Shown piece by piece: positions 29,406 through 37,254 of a stretch of 64,000 nt of DNA. The stretch spans positions 64,001 to 128,000 of the forward strand of contig JBBRNJ010000002.1 in NCBI GenBank assembly GCA_038230375.1, given 5' to 3'. Position 1 is the stretch's first letter. Each line of letters begins with the position of its first letter. The position numbers and the translations under genes were made by a program. This stretch comes from Polyangiales bacterium (GTDB taxonomy: Bacteria > Myxococcota_A > Polyangia > Polyangiales > Polyangiaceae). The notes beneath the pieces are model-generated. The model worked only from the letters and a program-made list of their open reading frames with translations, was not told the DNA's origin and made no database searches.

Positions 29406-31639
29406 CCGACGTTGCCGATCCTCCGGTGCCGGCGCTCCCCGCCGCGCCCGCCGAAGCCCCCGCCGAAGCCCCCGCCGAAGCCAAGCCGGCGCCGCCGCGG
29501 AAGCAGCTTGCCGCGTCGAGTGATGGCCACGGCGAAGACGCGCGCAACCCGCTGCTCTCCGACATCCGCGAGTTCTCGAGCACCAAGGCGTTCTGGGTCG
29601 GTCTGGGCGTGAAGCTGCTCGCGGCGTCGCTCTTCGGTTCACACTTCGTGACGCGTTGGTTCGGGCCCTTCGTCGCGGAGTTCGTCGCGACCGGTCGCAA
29701 CCCGTGGGAGATCTTCCTCGCGCGCGGCGAGCCGCAGGCCTTCCCGTACGGACCGGCCATGCTCCTCGAGCTCGCGGGCTTCTGGCTCCCGGCGCGCCTC
29801 TTCGGGGTCGACCCCGGCTCGCACGTGGGCCTTCTCTTCCTGCGGCTGCCGCTCCTCGCGGCGGACCTCACCATCTGCGTCCTCTTGAAGCGCTGGCTGA
29901 AGCTCGGCGCGCGCGACATCGTACTCACGTACTGGCTGAGCCCGATCGTCCTCTACGCGACCTACATCCACGGTCAGCTCGACCTCCTGCCCACGGCGCT
30001 GCTCTGCCTCGCGCTCTACCTCATGTTCGGGCGTCGCGTGCTCCTCGCGGGCGTTGTCTTCGGGATCGCGCTCGCCACCAAGGGGCACCTGCTCATCGCG
30101 CTGCCGTTCGCGGTCGTCTACCTGCTTCGCCAGCGCCAGCTCGGCCTCGCCTGGCTGCGCTTCACGCTGGTCGTGCTTGCGACGGCCGCAGCGTTCTACG
30201 TCATCCCGCTCTCGTCGCCGGCGTTCCGCACGATGGTGCTCGGCGGCACCGAGGCGCGCAAGCTGTGGTCCGTGGGGATCGCGTATGGAACGGGTGTCTC
30301 GCTCTACATCGCGCCCGCGGCGCTCGCGCTCGCGTTCCTGCGGTTCTTCAGCTACCGGAAGATCAATCGCGAGCTCACGATCATGTTCCTCGGGGTGCTC
30401 TACATGGCCCTCGTGGCGCTGGTGCCCCCGCAGCCGGGCTGGTTCATCTGGTCGCTGCCGTTCGTCGCCTACTTCGGCGCGCGCTTCTCGCGCTCTGGCC
30501 GCTACGCGCTGCTCCTGCTCAACAGCGCGTACCTCGCCTACTTCGTCATCGCGGATCCGGGCGTGTTCTTCGAATCGCTCGATCCGACGCTCGGCGCGGG
30601 CACTGGCGCGCGGATGGCCGCGGCCCTCGGAAACGCGGCTCCGGGCATCTTCTCGCACCACGGCGCGAGCATCGTGTGGACGGTGCTCTTCGCCGCCGCG
30701 TCGCTCACCGCGTTCGAGATGTACCGCAAGGGCGTCCGATCGAATGCACTCTACACGTTTCGCGACGAGTCTTTCATGGTGGGCATCGGCGGTGACAGCG
30801 GCGCCGGCAAGCACACGCTCGGCGCGGACCTTCAGGCGCTGCTCGGCGGCGCGCTGTCGGTCGTGAACGGCGACGACGACCACCGCTGGGAGCGCGGCCA
30901 TGCCATGTGGCGTCGCTATACCCATCTCGACCCGCGCGGAAACTTCCTGGGCGAACAGTCCTCCAGCCTCGCAGCGCTCCGCCGCGGCGGCGACGTGCGC
31001 AAGCGTCAGTACGATCACGATGCCGGCCAGTTCACAGCGCCCGTCCTCATGCGCGCCACGGACTTCATTGCCATCGTGGGCCTTCATCCGTTCTATCTCG
31101 CCTCGCAGCGTCAGGTGCTGCACCTCAAGATCTTCGTCGACCCGGCGGAGGCCGTGCGCCGGAGCTGGAAGGTGGACCGCGACGTGGCGAAGCGCGGCTA
31201 CACCGAGGAGAAGGTCCTTGCCGAGATGGACCGGCGCGCGAGCGACTCCGCCAAATACGTGCAGCCTCAGCGCCGGTACGCCGACCTGGTCCTGCGCCAG
31301 CTCGAGAAGACAACGGGCACTGACATGGCCGTCGAGCTCGAGATCTCGAACCTGCTCGATCCGCTCGCCCTGTTTCACTCGCTCAGCGAGGTCCTGAGCC
31401 TCGAGGTGGAGTGGCTGCCTGACGAGTCGCTCATGCGCGATCAGTTCAGGGTGAAGGGGACCATCGACGCCGAGCAGATCGCACAGCTGGCCACCGCGAC
31501 GATTCCCAACGTCGACGAGCTCGTCACCAGCGCCGCCGCCTGGCAGGAGGGCGGGCGAGGCTTCGTGCAGCTCATCTCGCTCTACGCCATGAGCGCGCGC
31601 CTCCGCTCCACGACCCCCCCCACCGAGATGGTCCTGTGA
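29402..31639 (+). CDS. Fusion: GT87/PIG-M-like GT-C membrane domain + phosphoribulokinase/uridine kinase domain
   Basis: N-terminal FPYGP, LRLPLL.AD, HGQLD, PQP.W; C-terminal Walker A GIGGDSGAGK, DDDHRW.R, YDH..G.F, GLH, RD...RG, YV.PQ..YAD; GTGA overlap with upstream gene. Confidence 0.82.
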   Translation: MTDVADPPVPALPAAPAEAPAEAPAEAKPAPPRKQLAASSDGHGEDARNPLLSDIREFSSTKAFWVGLGVKLLAASLFGSHFVTRWFGPFVAEFVATGRNPWEIFLARGEPQAFPYGPAMLLELAGFWLPARLFGVDPGSHVGLLFLRLPLLAADLTICVLLKRWLKLGARDIVLTYWLSPIVLYATYIHGQLDLLPTALLCLALYLMFGRRVLLAGVVFGIALATKGHLLIALPFAVVYLLRQRQLGLAWLRFTLVVLATAAAFYVIPLSSPAFRTMVLGGTEARKLWSVGIAYGTGVSLYIAPAALALAFLRFFSYRKINRELTIMFLGVLYMALVALVPPQPGWFIWSLPFVAYFGARFSRSGRYALLLLNSAYLAYFVIADPGVFFESLDPTLGAGTGARMAAALGNAAPGIFSHHGASIVWTVLFAAASLTAFEMYRKGVRSNALYTFRDESFMVGIGGDSGAGKHTLGADLQALLGGALSVVNGDDDHRWERGHAMWRRYTHLDPRGNFLGEQSSSLAALRRGGDVRKRQYDHDAGQFTAPVLMRATDFIAIVGLHPFYLASQRQVLHLKIFVDPAEAVRRSWKVDRDVAKRGYTEEKVLAEMDRRASDSAKYVQPQRRYADLVLRQLEKTTGTDMAVELEISNLLDPLALFHSLSEVLSLEVEWLPDESLMRDQFRVKGTIDAEQIAQLATATIPNVDELVTSAAAWQEGGRGFVQLISLYAMSARLRSTTPPTEMVL

Positions 31640-33300
31640 GCCCGAAGGAAGCGACGCCGTTGAAAGGCAGGGACCGGATCCTGCTCGACCTGGACGACAC
31701 GTTGTATGCGTGCGCGCCAGCTGAGGCCGCTGCGGCCGCCGCAGTGGTGAACGAGATCGCGACTGCGCTCGCTATGACGCCAGCGGCCGTGGAGACCGCA
31801 TGGGCCGCGGCGCGCACAGCGGTGAAGCAGCGCATCGACGGTCGCGGGAGCTCGCATTCGCGCCTTCTCTATGCCGCGGAGCTCGTGCACGCCGTCGGCC
31901 GCCCCGATGCACTGGCAAAGGCGCGCTCGTGGGAGCGCACGTACTGGCGAGCATTCCTCGGCGCTGCGACCCTCCGCCCGCGCGCGCTCGCGTTTCTGCG
32001 GACTGCGCGCGCCGCGGGGGCAAAGGTGGCCATCGTGAGCGATCTCACGCTGGAGGTGCAGCTCTTGAAGCTCGAGACCTTCGGAGTGCTGCCGTTGATC
32101 GATGCGCTCGTCACGAGCGAGGAGGTGCCGCTCGACAAGCCGGCCTCCGCGATCTTCGAGCTTGGCATGGCGCGACTCGGCGCGGCCGTTGACGCGTGCG
32201 TCATGGTCGGCGATCACGACGACAAGGACGGGGAGGGGGCGCGCCGCCTTGGGATCCCGTATTTCAAGATCGCGAAGGACGACGTCCTTGGCGACGGCTT
32301 CGATGTGCTCGCGAAGGAGCTCGGCCTCCGCGCGGGCGCGCCGGACCCCGTCACGAACCAGCTCCATGAGCTCGGAACCGCGCTCGGCGCTCCGAGCTGG
32401 GTCCAGGGCCCGGGCGGCAACATCTCCATCAAGGCCGATGGCGTGCTCTGGGTGAAGGCGAGCGGCAAGCGGCTCGCGGATGTCGCCGCCGCGGACGGAC
32501 ACGCGCGCGTCGATCTCGGGGACGCGACCAGGGCGCTTGCGGGAGATGCAGGGGCCGACGTCCGCGTCTTCGCTGGGGTGCCGCGTCCGTCGCTGGAGAC
32601 GTATTTCCACGCGCTGGGTCCGGCGGTGGTTGCGCACACACATGCGGTGTCGGTCCTGCTGGCGGCCTGCGCGACCACGGTTCCAGAGGAGCTCGGCCTC
32701 ACCGTGGTCCCGTACGAGCGGCCCGGCAAGGGGCTCGCGCTCGCGGTCGCGCGCGTTCGCCTGGGAGAGGCCGACTCACAGGCCGTGCTCCTCGCTTCGC
32801 ACGGCTTGCTCGTGTACGCGGCAGACACCGCCGAGGCGATCGCGCGAAGCAACCAGATCGCCGCGCGTTGCTGCGAGATCTTCCACGTCTCGCTGGCCAC
32901 CTTCGACGCGCAGCTCGCGAGCTACCTGAGCGCGGAGCCAGTTGCGGTCCTGGGCGGCTTTGCGCAGGCGCTCCCTCCGCGTGCGCACGGCGATCGCTAT
33001 CTCTTCCCCGACGCGGTCGTCTACGCCAGCATCGCGCGCGTCACGAGCAGCGCCATCGACCGCTTGCCGGCCTCGCTCGCCGCCCTCGGCCGTGCGGTCG
33101 TCGCGGTCGACGGCGACCACCAGCGTGTCGCGTTCGCTCACACGCGCGTATCCCTGCAAGCGTGCGTCGAGGTCCTCGCGGCGCACGACTGGGTGGAGGA
33201 CATCCTCGTCTCGCGCGGAATCGCGAGCTACCTCGACCAGGACGAGCCCGCCAAGATCCTCGATCTACCCTCCGAAAAGTACCGGATGCAGCTCTCCTGA
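31636..33300 (+). CDS. Fusion: HAD hydrolase + class II aldolase/adducin domain
   Basis: LDLDDTLY, KP, MVGD..D.DG; then QG.GGNISIK, KASG..L, PSLETYFH, HTH, SHGL. Confidence 0.85.
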   Translation: MSPKEATPLKGRDRILLDLDDTLYACAPAEAAAAAAVVNEIATALAMTPAAVETAWAAARTAVKQRIDGRGSSHSRLLYAAELVHAVGRPDALAKARSWERTYWRAFLGAATLRPRALAFLRTARAAGAKVAIVSDLTLEVQLLKLETFGVLPLIDALVTSEEVPLDKPASAIFELGMARLGAAVDACVMVGDHDDKDGEGARRLGIPYFKIAKDDVLGDGFDVLAKELGLRAGAPDPVTNQLHELGTALGAPSWVQGPGGNISIKADGVLWVKASGKRLADVAAADGHARVDLGDATRALAGDAGADVRVFAGVPRPSLETYFHALGPAVVAHTHAVSVLLAACATTVPEELGLTVVPYERPGKGLALAVARVRLGEADSQAVLLASHGLLVYAADTAEAIARSNQIAARCCEIFHVSLATFDAQLASYLSAEPVAVLGGFAQALPPRAHGDRYLFPDAVVYASIARVTSSAIDRLPASLAALGRAVVAVDGDHQRVAFAHTRVSLQACVEVLAAHDWVEDILVSRGIASYLDQDEPAKILDLPSEKYRMQLS

Positions 33301-33315
33301 AAAGACGGACCCACG

Positions 33316-34896
33316 ATGCTCATCTTCATTCCCATGGCAGGCTTCGGCGATCGCTACCTGCGCGCTGGCTACCGCGAACCGAAGCCGCTCATCCCCGTGG
33401 ACGGCGTTCCCATGATCGAGCGCGTCGTCGATAGCTTTCGCTCGCCCGGCGCACCGGCCCCGAAGTTTCTCTTCACGATCAATCGCCAGCACTCCGAGCT
33501 GCCAGCAGTGCGCGCAACGCTCGAGCGCATCGCGCCGGGCTCGCCGGTCATCGTCATCGAGCCGCACAAGGACGGGCCGGTCCGCACCCTGATCGACTGC
33601 GAAGCGCACCTCCCCGACAACGAGGACATTCTCCTCAACTACTGCGACTTCGGAGTCGACTGGTCCTTCGCGGAGTTCCAGGCGTGGATCGCGCAGCACG
33701 GCTGGGACGGCGCGATGACCGCGTACAAGGGCTTCCACCCGCATTCGCTCGGCCCCACGCTCTACGCTTACATGCGCAACGACGGTGAGCGCGTCACCGA
33801 GATCCGCGAGAAGCACCACTTCACGAAGAACAAGTTCGACGAGTTCGCGTCGAGCGGCCTCTACTATTTCAAGAGCGGCGCGGCGATGAAGCGCATCGCC
33901 CACGAGCTCGTGAAGCGAGGCGACCGCGTCAACGGCGAGTTCTACGTGAGCATGATGATGCAGATGCTCATCGAGGAGGGCGGCAACGTCGGCGTCCACG
34001 CGCTCACGCATTTTTACCAGTGGGGGACGCCCGAGGATCTCCGCGACTTCGAGTCGTGGCTCGTCGCGATGCGGCGGTTCCCCACGTTCGCCGCCGAGGC
34101 TGCGGAGTCGGCCTCCCGCGCGGTGCAGGTGATCCCGATGGCGGGCCGTGGCCAGCGCTTCGTTGACCAGGGCTATGCGGAGCCAAAGCCGTTCATCGCG
34201 GTGGGCGGCGCGCCGATGATCGCGCGCGCGCTCGAGTGTCTCCCGAAGCCCGCGGGCGGCTGCCGGAACCTGATCGTGCAGCGTGAGCACTCGGAGAGCC
34301 CCCGCTTCCAGGGCATTGCCGAGTCGCTGGGCAGCCGCGTCATCACCGTGGATGCGGTGACGCAGGGCCAGGCGTGCACGGCGCTGATCGGGCTCGACGG
34401 CGTGAGCGACGACGCGCCGGTCCTCTTCGCCCCGTGTGACGCGGGCTACACGTACGACCCAGTCACGCGCCGCCAGCTCGAGGATCTTGGCGACTACGAT
34501 GCGATCGTCTGGACCGCACGCGGACACCTCCCCGCGATCTGGCGTCCGCAGATGTACGGCTGGGTCGCGGTCAAGGACAAGCGCGTGCTTCGTGCGGCTG
34601 TGAAGCAGGTGGTCGCTGACGCCGAACCTTCCGCGCAAGAGGTGATGACCGGAACGTTCTGGTTCCGCGATGCTGCAACGTTCCGTCGCGAGGAGGCGGC
34701 GATGGAGAAGGACGACGACCGCGTGAACGGCGAGTTCTACATCGACACCATCATCAAGCGGATGGTGGCGAAGGGCGCAAAGGTCGCTGCGTTCACGGTC
34801 GACAAGTACATCCCGTGGGGCACGCCCGAGGAGCTCCGCACGTTCGACTACTACGCCAAGGTCACACGCCTCTTCGCGAAGGGAGTGAAGCTGTGA
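33316..34896 (+). CDS. Tandem two-domain sugar-phosphate nucleotidyltransferase
   Basis: Two copies of IPMAG.G.R....GY.EPKP.I, each followed by CD, RVNGEFY and WGTPE. Confidence 0.9.
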   Translation: MLIFIPMAGFGDRYLRAGYREPKPLIPVDGVPMIERVVDSFRSPGAPAPKFLFTINRQHSELPAVRATLERIAPGSPVIVIEPHKDGPVRTLIDCEAHLPDNEDILLNYCDFGVDWSFAEFQAWIAQHGWDGAMTAYKGFHPHSLGPTLYAYMRNDGERVTEIREKHHFTKNKFDEFASSGLYYFKSGAAMKRIAHELVKRGDRVNGEFYVSMMMQMLIEEGGNVGVHALTHFYQWGTPEDLRDFESWLVAMRRFPTFAAEAAESASRAVQVIPMAGRGQRFVDQGYAEPKPFIAVGGAPMIARALECLPKPAGGCRNLIVQREHSESPRFQGIAESLGSRVITVDAVTQGQACTALIGLDGVSDDAPVLFAPCDAGYTYDPVTRRQLEDLGDYDAIVWTARGHLPAIWRPQMYGWVAVKDKRVLRAAVKQVVADAEPSAQEVMTGTFWFRDAATFRREEAAMEKDDDRVNGEFYIDTIIKRMVAKGAKVAAFTVDKYIPWGTPEELRTFDYYAKVTRLFAKGVKL

Positions 34897-35615
34897 AATC
34901 GATCGTGGTGCCTTGCTACAACGAGGCTGCGAACCTGCCGTCGCTGATCTCGCGATTCACGGAGATCCATACGCCGGAGAGCGACTGGGAGCTGATCCTG
35001 GTCGACAACGGGAGCAAGGACGACACCGCGGCCGTGCTCGAGCGCGAGCTCCGCGATGCCACGCGTTCGTTCATCCGCGTCGTCACTGTCCCATCGCCGA
35101 ACGTCGGCTACGGACACGGGATCATGAGCGGGCTGCGCGCCGCGAAGGGCGACGTGCTCGCATGGACCCACGCGGATGGCCAGACGCCGCCGCGCGACGT
35201 CCTCCGCGCGTTCGACGTGCTTGCGGGGAGCGCGAATCCCGAGCGGACGTTCGTGAAGGGCCGCCGCAGGAACCGACCCGTGAAGGACGTGCTCTTCACC
35301 GCGGGCATGCAGGCCTTCGCGACCGCGATCCTCTGGGAGTCGCTCGCGGACATCAACGGCCAGCCGAAGGTCTTCCCGCGGGCGCTGCTCGATCTCGCCG
35401 TGGCCGCACCGATCGATCTGTCGCTCGATCTCTACTTCTTCTACCTCGCGCGCACCGAGCGCTTCGACGTACAGTCCATCGACGTGCACTTCGGCGATCG
35501 CGAGCACGGTGAGTCGAAGTGGGCATTCAACTGGCGGTCGAAGGCGCGCAACATCGCCCGCTCCGTCAAGTTCATGAGCGCGCTCCGGCGGGGCGGGGAC
35601 TACCCACGCGCCTGA
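34893..35615 (+). CDS. GT2 glycosyltransferase (DPM1-like polyprenol-phosphate sugar synthase type)
   Basis: SIVVPCYNE, VDNGSKD, GYGHGI..GL, THADGQ, DINGQPK, R.HGESKW. Confidence 0.88.
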   Translation: MKSIVVPCYNEAANLPSLISRFTEIHTPESDWELILVDNGSKDDTAAVLERELRDATRSFIRVVTVPSPNVGYGHGIMSGLRAAKGDVLAWTHADGQTPPRDVLRAFDVLAGSANPERTFVKGRRRNRPVKDVLFTAGMQAFATAILWESLADINGQPKVFPRALLDLAVAAPIDLSLDLYFFYLARTERFDVQSIDVHFGDREHGESKWAFNWRSKARNIARSVKFMSALRRGGDYPRA

Positions 35616-35643
35616 GAAGGCGAGTCCGTGGTAGACGAATGGC

Positions 35644-37242
35644 GTGAACAGCCGCGCGCTCAGGGCGCTTGACCCCATCCTCGGCACGCTCGGCGTGATG
35701 ATGGGGCTCCCGTCTCTCCTGTACCCGTTCGGTCGAGACCAGGGTCTCTACTACTACGTGGGGCGCGAGTGGGTCTTGCGCGGGTCAATCCCGTACCGCG
35801 ACGTTCTCGATCACAAGACGCCGGGCGTCTACTACCTCCACGCCCTGAGCGTCTTCCTCTTCGGCGAGCAGATGTGGGGTATCCGGGTGTTCGAGCTCTT
35901 CTGCATCGTCGCCCTCGGAGTCCTCGCCGGAACGCTCACGGCGCGGCGCGGGGAGTCCGTTCGTGCAGGTGTGCGCGGGGCGGCAGTGCTGGCGGCAAGC
36001 GTCGTCTACTTCGGATACTTCGACTTCTGGAACACCGCGCAGAGCGAGCTCTGGTACGGCACGTTCGGTGTCGCCAGCATCTGGGCCGCCGTCCGGCTGA
36101 AGTCCGATTCGCGCGCGGCGCTCGCGGCGGGAGCGTTCGCAGGCGCGGCAGTGATCTTCAAGCCACCGGCGATCTGGCTGGTGCTGGTCGCACTGAGCTT
36201 GCTCGTCGGCCGTTCACCGGCTCCGGGCGCGCCGCTCATTGCTCGCGTGAAGGCGGCTCTTCCACCGGTGCTCCGGTTCGGTCTGACGTCGGCGCTCGTG
36301 CCCGCGCTGACGTTCGCGTACTTCGGCGCGAAGGGCGCGCTGCCCGCGATGTTCGACATCGTCGTTGGTGCCAACGCCTACTACGTGAAGCACGAACAAG
36401 GCGACTCGCCATGGGGAGGCCTCTTCATTTATCACTGGTGCTTCTTCCCGCTGGTGCCGGTCCTGCTGCTCTGCCTCGTCGTCGTGCTCGTCCGGTCGCG
36501 CCGCTCCGGCGACCGCGAGACGTTCTCCCGCTATGGGCTCGCCGCGGCCGTGACCGCTGCGGGGTACGCGGCGGTCGTGATGCAAGGGAAGTACTACCTG
36601 CTCCACTGGGGCATCATGGTCCCGGCGTGGACGATGGTCAGCGCGAACGCCGCACGAAGCTGGTCGGAGCTGCTCTCGAAGCGCGGTCGCGCGTGGGCGT
36701 TCGCGCCGACCTTCACGATGCAGCTCCTCGGGCTCTGGTATCTGGCGATGATCTCCTGCGAAGGTCCGAACATGTGGCGGCTCGGCGTGGTCCACAGCTA
36801 TCGCTGGAAGACAGGGCAGGAGAGCCGCGAGCTCTTCATCGACCACTTCCAGTGGCCAGGCCTTGGCTTCCACTACAGGAACAGCGAGCGCGCAGGAGAC
36901 TGGCTTCGCGAGCACACGACGCCGGATGAAACGATCGCCGTCCGAGGCTTCCAGCCGGAGGTCTATGCCGTCGCCCGTCGCCACCATCGTGGCCGCTTCT
37001 TCTGGACGACGTTCCTCTCCAACCCCGCAAGGGCATATCGCCGCGAGGAGTGGCTGAAGGAGGACCTGGACGCGATCGCGGCGCACCCGCCGAAGTACGT
37101 CGTGGCGCTCACGGGGATCCACGGCGGCCCGGACTCGGCCGAGTACTTCGAGCCTCTTGGCTGGAAGACCACAATCGTCATCGACGAGTTCACGATCATG
37201 GAGCACCCTCCGCTTCAGCTTGCAAAACCTGTCGCTCCGTGA
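35644..37242 (+). CDS. GT-C type membrane glycosyltransferase (ArnT/PMT-like)
   Basis: GRDQGLY...G..PY.D..DHKTPG motif, AQSE, KP, multiple TM segments. Confidence 0.8.
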   Translation: MNSRALRALDPILGTLGVMMGLPSLLYPFGRDQGLYYYVGREWVLRGSIPYRDVLDHKTPGVYYLHALSVFLFGEQMWGIRVFELFCIVALGVLAGTLTARRGESVRAGVRGAAVLAASVVYFGYFDFWNTAQSELWYGTFGVASIWAAVRLKSDSRAALAAGAFAGAAVIFKPPAIWLVLVALSLLVGRSPAPGAPLIARVKAALPPVLRFGLTSALVPALTFAYFGAKGALPAMFDIVVGANAYYVKHEQGDSPWGGLFIYHWCFFPLVPVLLLCLVVVLVRSRRSGDRETFSRYGLAAAVTAAGYAAVVMQGKYYLLHWGIMVPAWTMVSANAARSWSELLSKRGRAWAFAPTFTMQLLGLWYLAMISCEGPNMWRLGVVHSYRWKTGQESRELFIDHFQWPGLGFHYRNSERAGDWLREHTTPDETIAVRGFQPEVYAVARRHHRGRFFWTTFLSNPARAYRREEWLKEDLDAIAAHPPKYVVALTGIHGGPDSAEYFEPLGWKTTIVIDEFTIMEHPPLQLAKPVAP

Positions 37243-37254
37243 AACAGGGACAGG

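Noticed and set aside
30775..31639. Calvin-cycle phosphoribulokinase
   Set aside because: Fused to a membrane GT in a glycan operon; no RuBisCO or cbb genes in the window
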